A stretch of 64,000 nucleotides of DNA from Escherichia phage Ec_Makalu_002: the sequence record MN709127.1; one strand, given 5' to 3'. The notes beneath the pieces were generated by a model that was not told where the DNA came from, ran no database searches, and was given only the letters and a program-made list of their open reading frames with translations. Below, in pieces: positions 1 through 9,664 of this stretch. The position numbers were made by a program, and so were the translations under genes. Each line of letters starts with the position of its first letter. Positions within the stretch are counted from its first letter, which is position 1.

Positions 1-263
1 TCGGTAAAGAAACGACGCTCACCCGACCAAAACCACACACCAGAACAACCAATAGGGGATTCTTTTAACGTCATAGAGTCGAAATTACTACCAATAATAG
101 TAATTTCTCTAACATCACCATCATCGTCAAGGTCTTCTACCCTAAACGGGCGACCAGCCAACAAGTCAACAATACATCTGTTAATAGACGACGAAAATTT
201 AGTCAGTTCGGCTTTCGACGCTTCGCATTCAATCTTGTAAGTTTTACCAACTTCCCATTCCAT
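1..263 (-). CDS. hypothetical protein, N-terminal fragment (gene continues beyond window start)
   Basis: Minus-strand ATG near 263 preceded by GAGGTGA-like RBS overlapping nrdG stop; frame stays open to window edge (MEWEVGKTYKIECEAS...). Not in ORF track because truncated. Confidence 0.35.
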   Translation of the reverse strand, partial: MEWEVGKTYKIECEASKAELTKFSSSINRCIVDLLAGRPFRVEDLDDDGDVREITIIGSNFDSMTLKESPIGCSGVWFWSGERRFFT

Positions 264-273
264 AATAATCACC

Positions 274-783
274 TCAAATAATTTTCACGGGAATACTATT
301 AACAATCTTGTATTGTACTTGATTGTCAGACCCCCGCCACGGCTTCTTCGTTGGCATATCTTTAATATAACGCCCATCGATGAACATGTCAACCGATTCT
401 ACAATTTTTCTTTGCTCATCATTCAATTGGTCAAGGGTATAACCGGACCATAGCCAAATATCTTTATTTGGCATCCATGATTTTACTTCATCGATGATCC
501 GCTGTACACCCTTTAAATTGCGTTTATACAGCGGATCGCCACCTAAGAATGTTAGCCCCTGAATAAAATCAGGTCTAAGCAGATCCAGAATCAATCCCAT
601 TGTATCATCGGTGAATGGTTCCCCGTTCTTAGGATTGAGTATACTGGAATTAAAGCAACCATCACATGCGTGTGAACATCCGGTAACGTAAAGGGAGACT
701 CTCACTCCCTCACCGTTAACCATATCACAATCTTTAATATCGGCATAGCGTAGTTTGCCGTATGTATCAGAACTCATATTCAA
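274..783 (-). CDS. nrdG: anaerobic ribonucleotide reductase activating protein (radical SAM)
   Basis: 169 aa; CxxxCxxC radical-SAM cluster motif (CSHACDGC); adjacent to nrdD as in T4. Confidence 0.9.
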   Translation of the reverse strand: MNMSSDTYGKLRYADIKDCDMVNGEGVRVSLYVTGCSHACDGCFNSSILNPKNGEPFTDDTMGLILDLLRPDFIQGLTFLGGDPLYKRNLKGVQRIIDEVKSWMPNKDIWLWSGYTLDQLNDEQRKIVESVDMFIDGRYIKDMPTKKPWRGSDNQVQYKIVNSIPVKII

Positions 784-994
784 TTACCCCGAACTCGTTT
801 ACAATCTGCGCTTTATAGTAACCGCCGCGAGATGCCAATAGATAAGCTGGGCTTAGGTATTCGTATTCACGGATTTCTACTTGTGCGTTTTCAGTTTCCC
901 AAATCAGTAAAGTCCACATATTTGATTCTCCTGTAAAGTTGTATCTCGTCTTGATGAATATAGTATAGGGGATCTCGCGATCCCCGTCAAGCAT
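767..994 (-). CDS. small hypothetical protein (true start probably internal Met, ~50 aa)
   Basis: ORF-track 5' end overlaps a promoter/palindrome; internal ATG (MWTLLIWE...) follows a GGAGAATCAA RBS. Confidence 0.35.
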   Translation of the reverse strand: MLDGDREIPYTIFIKTRYNFTGESNMWTLLIWETENAQVEIREYEYLSPAYLLASRGGYYKAQIVNEFGVIEYEF

Positions 995-1546
995 TTATTT
1001 AAATTTTTCGAGAGATTTCAACCACAGGCGGCCTGGTAGGTACTCTCCGGCAAACATGAAATTGTCATCTGGATAAGAACGCAGCATATTCAAAATAAAC
1101 TTCCGGCACTCTTCGTAATCTTTACGTTTAAGATAAATCACATTCTCGCCAGTACCGATCACACCTTTGCTGTATCCATGCTCTTTACGCACAGACCATT
1201 GTACAGTATCCTTTTTAACCCGAATCACAACAGGTTCCCAATACCCAGCGCATCCGGCTACACCACACGAACAGGTGAGGAAGTATTGACCTTTTGCTTT
1301 GTTTTCCTCCCACCCGATATTAACCGGATGCCATTCGTGAAACAAGGCTAAAGCATCGTGTGTCTCTTCGATCTGTTTATTGTCAATTCTTACCGTAACC
1401 ATCCATACAGGGATCTTATTTGTTGGTTCATCATCATAACATGAATCATCATCAATATGTTCTAATGTCATATCAACATTAATTGATTTTGCGTGTTCCA
1501 TGTGTCGTTGTGCTTTACGTTTACGGTTTAATGATTTCATAGTCAC
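995..1546 (-). CDS. hypothetical protein
   Basis: 183 aa ORF tightly packed between neighbours on the same strand. Confidence 0.5.
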   Translation of the reverse strand: MTMKSLNRKRKAQRHMEHAKSINVDMTLEHIDDDSCYDDEPTNKIPVWMVTVRIDNKQIEETHDALALFHEWHPVNIGWEENKAKGQYFLTCSCGVAGCAGYWEPVVIRVKKDTVQWSVRKEHGYSKGVIGTGENVIYLKRKDYEECRKFILNMLRSYPDDNFMFAGEYLPGRLWLKSLEKFK

Positions 1547-1557
1547 CTCACATTATT

Positions 1558-2100
1558 TCAAAGATCGCGATATTGTACATTATGAAAGTGAGAACTTGCA
1601 TTACCAATATTGTAGATAATAAATTCTTCATCCGGCGCTTGCGCTACAAATTGAGTATGAGCAACCGCCACAACCTTAAAAATACGATCCGTGATCTTGT
1701 GTTTAATTTCGGCTCCTACTTCCATAGGAACATATTCATGTGTTTCTGTTTCAGTCGCAAAAAAGCCATCTTCTTCATAAGCACGAACAAATCGATCGCA
1801 ATCAGTACGCTTAACAAATTCAAGAGTATACAATTCTCGTGAATTGTCGGTATATACCAATACAGAATTATTCTGATAGCGAATCACATACAGGTTATTA
1901 TCATCGTCAATTACGCAAAAGCTACGGATTTGTGTTCCTTCTCCTTTACTCCAGCAGATATTAACTACCGTTCCTCTAATAAAAAAACTTTCCTTTAAAT
2001 TAAAACTAGCCAATGTGCTAGCGTGCATTTTAACAACAACACCATCACCAATTTCCAGTTTACGAAGTTTAACTTCTTTGCTCAGTACACAAAACATCAT
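1558..2100 (-). CDS. hypothetical protein
   Basis: 180 aa ORF with promoter plus RBS immediately upstream (2101-2162). Confidence 0.5.
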   Translation of the reverse strand: MMFCVLSKEVKLRKLEIGDGVVVKMHASTLASFNLKESFFIRGTVVNICWSKGEGTQIRSFCVIDDDNNLYVIRYQNNSVLVYTDNSRELYTLEFVKRTDCDRFVRAYEEDGFFATETETHEYVPMEVGAEIKHKITDRIFKVVAVAHTQFVAQAPDEEFIIYNIGNASSHFHNVQYRDL

Positions 2101-2129
2101 AATGTTGTCCTCTCTTTGTTTTCGATGTG

Positions 2130-2162
2130 AGCATTATACATGAGCTAATCATGTTGTCAACA
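2130..2162 (-). promoter_or_regulatory. sigma70-like early promoter (TTGACA-N17-TATAAT on minus strand)
   Basis: Reverse complement reads gtgTTGACAacatgattagctcatgTATAATgctc, followed by RBS and ATG at 2100. Confidence 0.6.
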
Positions 2163-2200
2163 CCCCAAAAACGAAAAAAGCCGACCCTTTCGGATCGGCT
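2163..2200 (-). terminator. rho-independent terminator downstream of nrdD
   Basis: Hairpin agccgatcc-gaaa-gggtcggct followed by a U-run on the minus-strand transcript. Confidence 0.6.
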
Positions 2201-2205
2201 GAAAA

Positions 2206-4068
2206 TTACATGTGCTTAACGCGGTTTACCATCTCGGAGTGTTTCCCGTGGTTAAATGGACGCAGATCAACAGATCCAAGATATCCACTAACGCGACGGA
2301 TGACATTCATCTTTTCCAGATTGTCATTGCCGCAATCAGGACAAACAAAACCAGACTCGGTCGCTCTCATTTCCTTAGTAGATCCGCATACATGACATAC
2401 ATCAGAAGGAGTATTAACACCGAAGTAGTGCAATTTATCCATTGCATAGTCTACTACAGTTTCAAGCCCTTTAATGTTGTTTTTCATGTCCGGGAACTCA
2501 ACATAAGAGATCATACCACCAGACGCCAGCCAGTGATAGTCTTTCTCAAAGTCGATTTTCTCAAACGGTGTAACTTTCCGGTCTACGTCAAGGTGGAATG
2601 AGTTGGTGTACCAATCTTTATCGGTAGCACCCTTAACAATACCAAATTGCTCTCGGTCCAGTCGATTAAATCGATAACAAAGGCTCTCGGCTGGCGTGCC
2701 GTAAAGACTAAACCCAAGTCCGGTTTCGTCCTTCCATTTTTCAGTATAATGACGCAGGATTTTAAGAATATGTTTACCGTATCGCTGCGCATCTTCCGAA
2801 TCAAACGGATGAACACCAAACAGGACGCTCAACACTTCATGTAAACCAATATACCCAAGAGAGATACTAGCGCGACCATCTTTCAGCACTTCCAAAATTT
2901 CATCGTTTTGATGAATACGGAAAAATGCACCTTCTGTATACAGCACCGGAGCAACATTGGCTTTAGCCCCTTTTAAAGCGTCTACGCGACTCATGAGCGC
3001 ATCAAAGCAAATAGGCAGACGATTAGCTAGCTCTTGTTCGAATAGCTCAATTCTGCGCATTACAGACGCTTTACCAGCACGACGCGCGGCAATAAGTGCA
3101 ATACGCGGAAGATTCAGAGTCACAACACCTAAGTTATTACGTCCGTCTAATACTTCTTCGCCTTTCTCATTATGCCACACACCCAGGAAGCTACGACAAC
3201 CCATCGGGCTAACCGGAACACTAGATCCAGTGATACTACGGTTATTCTTCGCAGAGATATAATCAGGGTAAAGACGCTTACTAGAACATTCCAATGCAAG
3301 TTGCTTAATATCGTAGTTCGGATCTTCCGGTTTAAGGTTTAATCCTTCTTCTAAGAACATCACCAGCTTAGGAAACACCGGAGTTATACCATCTTTACCT
3401 AAACCTTTAGTTCGAACTTTCAGGATCGCTTTCTGAATCAGTTTTTCTTCCCAGCTAGTACCCATACCAAAGGTTAAAGTCACAAAAGGTGTTTGACCGT
3501 TGGTAGAGAACAAAGTGTTGATCTCATATTCCAACGCCTGATATCCGTCTAGTGTTTCTTTTTCTGTCTTCTCTTGTGCATAGAGAGTATTAGCTTTGAT
3601 TCCGTAGGTTTCGGCATCAGCAAGATGTTTATGATATGTTTTCTTAACATACGGTGCTAACACCTGATCGATGTTTGCTATGGTAGTTCCGCCATATTGA
3701 TGACTTGCCACCTGTGCGATAATTTGAGCTGTTACAGCACATGCAACACCGATCGATTTAGGACTTTCGATTTGTGCGCTACCCAATTTAAAACCATTCT
3801 CTAACATGTCTTTGAGATTAACAAGACAGCAGTTAGTAAACGGCATAGCGGGTGCATAATCCATATCATGATAATGAATATCACCGTCTACATGCGCTTT
3901 ATAGATGTGCTCAGGTAACACGGTTTTAGCAATCTGTTTAGACACAGCACCAGCAATCAGATCTCGACGTGTCGGGAATGTTCGCGCGTCTTTGTTCGCG
4001 TTCTCTTTGCTTACTTCGTTTTCTTTACCCGTTGCGATCTCTGTAATGTCTTTGATTAGTTTTTCCAT
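2206..4068 (-). CDS. nrdD: anaerobic ribonucleoside-triphosphate reductase (glycyl radical enzyme), uninterrupted
   Basis: 620 aa; C-terminal CPDCG zinc motif and RVSGYLG glycyl-radical motif; single ORF, so no intron. Confidence 0.95.
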   Translation of the reverse strand: MEKLIKDITEIATGKENEVSKENANKDARTFPTRRDLIAGAVSKQIAKTVLPEHIYKAHVDGDIHYHDMDYAPAMPFTNCCLVNLKDMLENGFKLGSAQIESPKSIGVACAVTAQIIAQVASHQYGGTTIANIDQVLAPYVKKTYHKHLADAETYGIKANTLYAQEKTEKETLDGYQALEYEINTLFSTNGQTPFVTLTFGMGTSWEEKLIQKAILKVRTKGLGKDGITPVFPKLVMFLEEGLNLKPEDPNYDIKQLALECSSKRLYPDYISAKNNRSITGSSVPVSPMGCRSFLGVWHNEKGEEVLDGRNNLGVVTLNLPRIALIAARRAGKASVMRRIELFEQELANRLPICFDALMSRVDALKGAKANVAPVLYTEGAFFRIHQNDEILEVLKDGRASISLGYIGLHEVLSVLFGVHPFDSEDAQRYGKHILKILRHYTEKWKDETGLGFSLYGTPAESLCYRFNRLDREQFGIVKGATDKDWYTNSFHLDVDRKVTPFEKIDFEKDYHWLASGGMISYVEFPDMKNNIKGLETVVDYAMDKLHYFGVNTPSDVCHVCGSTKEMRATESGFVCPDCGNDNLEKMNVIRRVSGYLGSVDLRPFNHGKHSEMVNRVKHM

Positions 4069-4077
4069 TGTATCACC

Positions 4078-4104
4078 TATGAAAAAGCGGGATTTTCTCC
4101 CGCT
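4078..4104 (-). terminator. hairpin terminator/attenuator upstream of nrdD
   Basis: Stem-loop gcggga-gaaaa-tcccgc followed by T-run on the minus strand. Confidence 0.4.
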
Positions 4105-4113
4105 CGTTGATAG

Positions 4114-4608
4114 TTATTTTACCAGTTCTGCTAATTCTTTTTCTTTAGCTTCCAGTTCAGCCTTAAGCTGTTTAATCTCTTGTCGCTTCTTATTAGCGGC
4201 TTCCTGCTTACTATTTCGGATAATCTGATCTAGATACAACTCCCAATCCTGAATATTTTTGATAATATAACCGTCAACATTAATTGGTTGGATATTTAGT
4301 ACAGCTTCCAGTTTAGTCGCAAAAACTTTAATTGCTGGGGTGAAGTATTCATATTCGTTATCTTCAAACCAATAACCTAGACTTGCATTATCAATACGAA
4401 GACGAAGTTCAAGATCAAGGTCTTTATCTTCGGTGTATAGGTCTTTTACACCCCCCATCGAACCAACAACAACTTTAAAACGAATTTTATCAACACCACC
4501 AAACACATCAGTAAGGATACCAGCAATTGAACTATTAGCGCAAGATTGGTCGCTGAATGCGTCAAGGTTTTCTTTAGTTACAGTATACCAAACATCTTGT
4601 ACCCACAT
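4114..4608 (-). CDS. hypothetical protein with C-terminal coiled coil
   Basis: 164 aa; C-terminus KKRQEIKQLKAELEAKEKELAELVK. Confidence 0.5.
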   Translation of the reverse strand: MWVQDVWYTVTKENLDAFSDQSCANSSIAGILTDVFGGVDKIRFKVVVGSMGGVKDLYTEDKDLDLELRLRIDNASLGYWFEDNEYEYFTPAIKVFATKLEAVLNIQPINVDGYIIKNIQDWELYLDQIIRNSKQEAANKKRQEIKQLKAELEAKEKELAELVK

Positions 4609-4662
4609 AATATAATCCTCTCGTTGTTAAGTGGGAGTATTATAGCATACTCCCTTCGCATG

Positions 4663-5841
4663 TCAAGCACGAACTTTTTTCTTTACTGCTTTCACCTTCT
4701 GGCGAATTGCTCGAATCGCTTCGATCTCTTTTTCAGTCTCTTTAACAATTTCTTTGCGATTCTGAATATCTGTATCGAGATTATCATCAAGTTTAGGCAG
4801 CACGTCAATCAAGAACTTTTTAAAGTCTTTCAGGTTTCGGATAACCGCACCTTCACCCATTACCGCCACCCCTACACCATCCGGCAGATCACCAAACAGC
4901 TTAACCAGTTCAGATAGATGATCATGATCCTCTAGTGCTTCTTCCGGTTCAGATGGCAGTTCAACAAAGTTATAACGTTCATCATTGCTGATCAGATGAT
5001 ACCAGCAAAGCCCGAAAGATTTAGGAGTATATTCTACACCATCAACTTCAACCGCGTCAACACTTCCGAAAGGATCTACTTTAGTTACCTTAAATCCATG
5101 TTCCAGCTTTTGAACAATTTCAATAACATGGCTGGATACGGTTTCAGTGTTAAACCAATGAGGCAAATTATGCTGATTTGGCTTGTAGCGTTCGCCTACT
5201 TTAAATCGCTGACCTTCCGCTTGCATAGAATGAAATTGATGGTTGGTGATTTCCGCGAAGTATTCAAATTCGCCACCGTCAAACACACAAGCCCATTGAT
5301 CACAAAAACGATCTGCCTTAACGGTTTCACCTTTCGCGGTGATCATGGTAGCTGATCCGTGCAATTCTTCTTCAACCAAAAAGCCATATTCGACAAAATC
5401 AGCAAGTTTCATGGCTTCTTTGTGTTCTGGGTCATGCTCTCCCCAGAATCGCTTAAATTCTTGCAAACCTTCTGGGGTAAACGAATAACATTTACCTTTT
5501 TCAAAGTAAGTCGGCATTGCATCCTCTTTCTTGTTCATCGCTTCGTATGCCTCTTTTGAGATACGTTTAAAGTATTTGCGCTCATTGTGCATAATCATAG
5601 TAGACCAATAATAAACGATATCCTCAGCGGAATAAACTACATCTCCAGCTTCAATAGTAATAACATGACCGTGGTCATCTTTTTCTAATACTTTAAAGCC
5701 CTTTTCTACGATTTCAGCAACTCGAATATGACCACGGCGCGAAGCATCGGTCAGAATAATTGAATAGCGAGAAAAGTCTAGAAACTCATCTTTACCGCCT
5801 TCACGGAATGCATAGTAATGACCTTCAAAGAATTTAGCCAT
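4663..5841 (-). CDS. hypothetical protein, member of a tandem paralog family (two copies of the repeat domain)
   Basis: 392 aa; shares NGFKVL..VD..G and NERKYFKRI(S/T)K motifs with the ORFs at 5898-6482 and 6491-6811. Confidence 0.55.
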   Translation of the reverse strand: MAKFFEGHYYAFREGGKDEFLDFSRYSIILTDASRRGHIRVAEIVEKGFKVLEKDDHGHVITIEAGDVVYSAEDIVYYWSTMIMHNERKYFKRISKEAYEAMNKKEDAMPTYFEKGKCYSFTPEGLQEFKRFWGEHDPEHKEAMKLADFVEYGFLVEEELHGSATMITAKGETVKADRFCDQWACVFDGGEFEYFAEITNHQFHSMQAEGQRFKVGERYKPNQHNLPHWFNTETVSSHVIEIVQKLEHGFKVTKVDPFGSVDAVEVDGVEYTPKSFGLCWYHLISNDERYNFVELPSEPEEALEDHDHLSELVKLFGDLPDGVGVAVMGEGAVIRNLKDFKKFLIDVLPKLDDNLDTDIQNRKEIVKETEKEIEAIRAIRQKVKAVKKKVRA

Positions 5842-5897
5842 AATATAATCCTCTCGTTGTTTAGATGGGAGTATCTTACTACTCCCGTTTCATCATG

Positions 5898-6482
5898 TCA
5901 AGCGTTAAATGACTTTTTAATCTCTTTCAGTTCTTCCACTTTCTCGGCGCTGAATTTAGCGTAGGTATCATGTCGAATAATTTCACTTTCAAGAAAGGTT
6001 TCCAGTCGAGATCTATTTTCAATAAGGAACTCTTTCAGGTCTTCCGCGTTCTTGACAAAGATTTTATTGTCGGTAATGTCATCTTCAATCGCAAAGGAGA
6101 TAGAGCGAACTTTACCAAACAAGTTAATCAGATCTTCCAGAGATTCTTCTTTCTTAACTGGCTTCATTTCTTCAAACTGCTTTTTAGTGATGCGTTTAAA
6201 GTATTTGCGCTCGTTTGCAGCAATCAGAACAGATGCACCTTCATACCCATGAGTTTCTACCAGATACACACGCCCCATCGCATCAACAGTGAGAACTTTA
6301 AAGCCGTTACAAAGCACGTCATACAAGAACTTATTATGTTGCGGACATCGTTTGATAAATTCTGCGGCTGTTTCTGCACTACGGAAAGTGTAATAACGAC
6401 CTCGTTCAAAAACAGCATCATTTGAAGACTTAGCCGGATACAATTTATACGTTTTCTGTACCATAATATAATCCTCTATCAT
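5898..6482 (-). CDS. hypothetical protein, paralog family member
   Basis: 194 aa; CNGFKVLTVDAMGRVY and ANERKYFKRITKKQFEEM shared with neighbours; likely true start is the second Met. Confidence 0.55.
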   Translation of the reverse strand: MIEDYIMVQKTYKLYPAKSSNDAVFERGRYYTFRSAETAAEFIKRCPQHNKFLYDVLCNGFKVLTVDAMGRVYLVETHGYEGASVLIAANERKYFKRITKKQFEEMKPVKKEESLEDLINLFGKVRSISFAIEDDITDNKIFVKNAEDLKEFLIENRSRLETFLESEIIRHDTYAKFSAEKVEELKEIKKSFNA

Positions 6483-6490
6483 TTCACTAA

Positions 6491-6811
6491 TTAAACAGCA
6501 CGGAACAGAATGCGCTCACACGGAAGCAGCATAAATTCCCAACGCGGGTCAAAGTCTTTAGCGGTGTATGTTTTCCCATCAACCGCTATTTCACTTACAT
6601 AACCAACAGGTGACACTTTAAGAACAGTAAACCCATTCTTGATGACTTCGTAGGTATCTTTCACCCCTTCGTATTCATCATCTAAGAAGTCTTTATGTGC
6701 TTGCTCAGATTTAAAAACATAGGCCACACCGGATTTAAACATCTTACGCATTGTTGATTCTCCTTCTTGATTAGATGGGAGTATTTTACTACTCCCATTT
6801 CTTATTGTCAA
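6491..6811 (-). CDS. hypothetical protein, paralog family member (true start probably MRKMF, near 6751)
   Basis: NGFTVLKVSPVGYV motif; the 5' extension in the ORF track overlaps a promoter palindrome. Confidence 0.5.
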   Translation of the reverse strand: MTIRNGSSKILPSNQEGESTMRKMFKSGVAYVFKSEQAHKDFLDDEYEGVKDTYEVIKNGFTVLKVSPVGYVSEIAVDGKTYTAKDFDPRWEFMLLPCERILFRAV

Positions 6812-6814
6812 CTA

Positions 6815-7303
6815 CTATCTTAATCTTTGTATGAATTGTTTCTTATACTTCTTCGTGATTTCTTCTCGTGTATCAGCGTCGCAGTAATCGAAACCTTCTG
6901 CGTCCATAATAGCAACCATCTCCGCGCGTGTCAAGCGTGAAAATCGTTTTACTTTATCAACAGCATATTGAGGATGTAAATGATTGTTGGTGTAGTCTCC
7001 TTTGATGTAATTAACATAGTTTGTAGCCCAAACTACGAAATCAGCACCTAAAGCACCAACACCAAACCGCTTAAAGTCTCCGGTCAACGATCCTTCTAGG
7101 CGGTTGCAACACGAATGAAGCAATCCCCTTACACGTCCTTGACCTTTACCATCTAGATCGTGGTCGTGGTCAAGATGGTTTTTGCTCATATCCTCAAAAA
7201 GTGGCAATTGACAAAGGGGGCAAATGCCCCCTTGTTTTTCGAATAGTTCTTGTTTGTACTCTTTAGCACTCTTAGCAGTCAGTAACATAAATTCACCCTC
7301 CAA
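6815..7303 (-). CDS. 49: endonuclease VII (Holliday junction resolvase)
   Basis: 162 aa; CPLCQ...HLDHDHDL...GRVRGLL..CN zinc/HNH-like core; close match to T4 gp49 as recalled. Confidence 0.85.
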   Translation of the reverse strand: MEGEFMLLTAKSAKEYKQELFEKQGGICPLCQLPLFEDMSKNHLDHDHDLDGKGQGRVRGLLHSCCNRLEGSLTGDFKRFGVGALGADFVVWATNYVNYIKGDYTNNHLHPQYAVDKVKRFSRLTRAEMVAIMDAEGFDYCDADTREEITKKYKKQFIQRLR

Positions 7304-7312
7304 AGAAGGTAT

Positions 7313-7606
7313 TTAACCATTAATCTTGTTTTTGACTACAAAGGATCGGAACTCATCAAAGCCACCGATATAATCACCATTATAGAAAATCTGCGGCATG
7401 GTGGCAATAACTTCTACCCCTGCGCGATCCTGAATATCGGCAATGATAGAATCAATCTTTACAGGGCGACCGTTTTCGTCCACACCATCATTAACAGGAA
7501 TATAGATGTAAGGGATCTTGCGCGATTCACAAAGGCGCTTTGCGTTCTGGCAATACTTACAGTTGTAACCTTCAAAACCAAAAATTTCTACCATGTTATA
7601 CCTCAA
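7313..7606 (-). CDS. nrdC: glutaredoxin/thioredoxin
   Basis: 97 aa; CKYC redox motif; MPQIFYNGDYIGGFDEF resembles T4 NrdC. Confidence 0.8.
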   Translation of the reverse strand: MRYNMVEIFGFEGYNCKYCQNAKRLCESRKIPYIYIPVNDGVDENGRPVKIDSIIADIQDRAGVEVIATMPQIFYNGDYIGGFDEFRSFVVKNKING

Positions 7607-8415
7607 TCTACGTTAGTTACATAAACTTCTTGTGTATCAGAAGACTTGCCACCTGAACGATCTAGACAATAGGTCTTATTCAACAGGACGCAGTTTAAAT
7701 CATTCCGCTTGATAAAGTCAATAAGATGGTTATTGACCTTTCCCTTATGATGCGTGACATTACTGATACCAAACTGAACACCACGCGCCATAATAGATTC
7801 TACCCACCGATAGAATTTAATCTCTTCCTCATCACCCCAGAACTTATTATATTCAGCAGAAGTGATAAGGTACGGCGGGTCCAAATAAACAAAATCACCG
7901 GGCAAGATCTCGATCTCGTCATACCGTCCAGAAGTAAACTTGATTCGACCGTCTTTGGTTTCTTCCTTAAAATTCAAGACACGCTCTACCGCATTTTCGT
8001 TAAAAGTCCGGCGACCAAAGTTAGCATTAAATTCGCCCTTCCGGTTATGGCGGTTAATGTTGCTAAAACTATGCTGAATCAACACAAACAGCGATAGCGG
8101 ATCTGGATTCTCATTATACTTCTTACGGAATGCCATGTAAGCATCTTTATCATCACGAGACAAACCATTCTCGGAAATAATCCGCTTGATCGTAGAAACC
8201 GGGTCAGGACACGCATCAATGGCCTTGTAAGCGTCAATTAAACGATGGTCGTAGTCATTAGCCAGTACATCACCTTCAACATACAGAGACACGCTCAAGC
8301 CACCGCAAAAGGCATCAACAAAGCGGTTGTAGTGCTTAGGGAAATACTTACTAACACCAGGCAATAACTTTTCCTTATTGCCAGTATAGGGAATTAAACC
8401 TAATGCTTTCTTCAT
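7603..8415 (-). CDS. dam: DNA adenine methyltransferase
   Basis: 270 aa; FCGGLSV SAM-binding motif and DPPY catalytic motif; strong similarity to T4 Dam as recalled. Confidence 0.9.
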   Translation of the reverse strand: MKKALGLIPYTGNKEKLLPGVSKYFPKHYNRFVDAFCGGLSVSLYVEGDVLANDYDHRLIDAYKAIDACPDPVSTIKRIISENGLSRDDKDAYMAFRKKYNENPDPLSLFVLIQHSFSNINRHNRKGEFNANFGRRTFNENAVERVLNFKEETKDGRIKFTSGRYDEIEILPGDFVYLDPPYLITSAEYNKFWGDEEEIKFYRWVESIMARGVQFGISNVTHHKGKVNNHLIDFIKRNDLNCVLLNKTYCLDRSGGKSSDTQEVYVTNVD

Positions 8416-8846
8416 TATCCCTTCCTTAAATAAGTTCTTTCAGTTTCTACCAGTTCGAAAAATTCATCCCAATCACACGGAAAGTTACAGTTTCCAAAAT
8501 GGTCTTCGTTGTAGAGTTCTTCACCGGATGGCAACTTAATATCTGTTACAGTATACCAACCGCAGCAATCGCAATCACCCTCAACAACAGAAACCTTCGT
8601 AGGAATTTGCATCATTGCCAGATACAAAGGTACGTCAGACTGTTCAAAGATCATGTAACCTTCATGGTCAAACGAGACAAAATTGTCATCACCCAAAAAA
8701 GGAATGTAATGGTCATAATCGATGACAGGTTGACCGTGCAATTCCCATTCTACAATTTTAACAATACCACTAAACTTTATACCCATCATATCAACCATAA
8801 AATGGGTATCATCAATGTAAATCTTACTAGGTGTTGGATAAACCAT
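8415..8846 (-). CDS. hypothetical protein (Cys cluster GDCDCCGWY)
   Basis: 143 aa ORF, start overlaps upstream stop. Confidence 0.5.
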   Translation of the reverse strand: MVYPTPSKIYIDDTHFMVDMMGIKFSGIVKIVEWELHGQPVIDYDHYIPFLGDDNFVSFDHEGYMIFEQSDVPLYLAMMQIPTKVSVVEGDCDCCGWYTVTDIKLPSGEELYNEDHFGNCNFPCDWDEFFELVETERTYLRKG

Positions 8847-8856
8847 TATATAATCC

Positions 8857-9153
8857 TCATATCTCAGAGAATAGAATCTCTGTTAGCTTCACTGACTGCT
8901 CTCTGAATGTTAGCGTATACTCGAAAGGAAAGTCAACACCTAATTTCAGAAGAGAATAACCTACCGCCTCTTTATGCTTATCGGTTAGGGCGATCCTAAC
9001 CAATTCCCGTTGAATCTCTTTAGGCGGTGAATGGATAGTAACACGGGTATCATGTAATGTCCAGTCACCATTTCGAATTAAGATTAACGGTTTATCATCA
9101 TTGAAGATCACCGACCCCTTTCCGGTCGGTGAATGTTTTATATTAATCATCAA
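8857..9153 (-). CDS. hypothetical protein
   Basis: 98 aa ORF in a tightly packed minus-strand array. Confidence 0.45.
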   Translation of the reverse strand: MMINIKHSPTGKGSVIFNDDKPLILIRNGDWTLHDTRVTIHSPPKEIQRELVRIALTDKHKEAVGYSLLKLGVDFPFEYTLTFREQSVKLTEILFSEI

Positions 9154-9364
9154 ATTCTAAGAAATATTCTGGAACGATATAACCGTTAAAGTCATTGCAC
9201 TTATAAAAATGTGGTGCATTTAATGCTTGATGAGCATTAGTAAAGAGTTCACCCTCTAGAAACAGAATGTAATTAATCGGTCTAATACCGACAGAATCAG
9301 GGTCTAAACCTTTTTCTTTCAGTTCAGCCAGCGTTAAAACTCGTCCAGATCTTAACTTAGCCAT
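9143..9364 (-). CDS. hypothetical protein
   Basis: 73 aa ORF. Confidence 0.4.
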   Translation of the reverse strand: MAKLRSGRVLTLAELKEKGLDPDSVGIRPINYILFLEGELFTNAHQALNAPHFYKCNDFNGYIVPEYFLEFDD

Positions 9365-9650
9365 GATTTACCCCCAATTCATCAAGATTATGTCGCAGCA
9401 TTTCAGAGTATTTTTCTACTTCCTTAATCTTAGTGTGGATCTCCACGATCTCATCCACACTATCAGAAATTTTAATGGCATTCGCGAGCGTGCTTTTACC
9501 CGCTTTCACAGTCTCTTTCATTTCAACCAACATGTCCGCGTGTTTCAATAGTAATTCTTCACGTCGAACATAGGCGACGGTCAAAGCCTCATCAGCAAGT
9601 TCTAAAGCATTTTCAGCGACACCAACAACCATTTTACGAGTAGACAACAT
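9357..9650 (-). CDS. hypothetical protein
   Basis: 97 aa ORF. Confidence 0.45.
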   Translation of the reverse strand: MLSTRKMVVGVAENALELADEALTVAYVRREELLLKHADMLVEMKETVKAGKSTLANAIKISDSVDEIVEIHTKIKEVEKYSEMLRHNLDELGVNHG

Positions 9651-9664
9651 AAATTCACCTCACA

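Noticed and set aside
1573-2601. Plus-strand ORFs (1573-1842, 2210-2395, 2212-2601) overlapping nrdD and its neighbour
   Set aside because: Embedded antisense in confidently identified minus-strand genes; low-complexity translations; no RBS.
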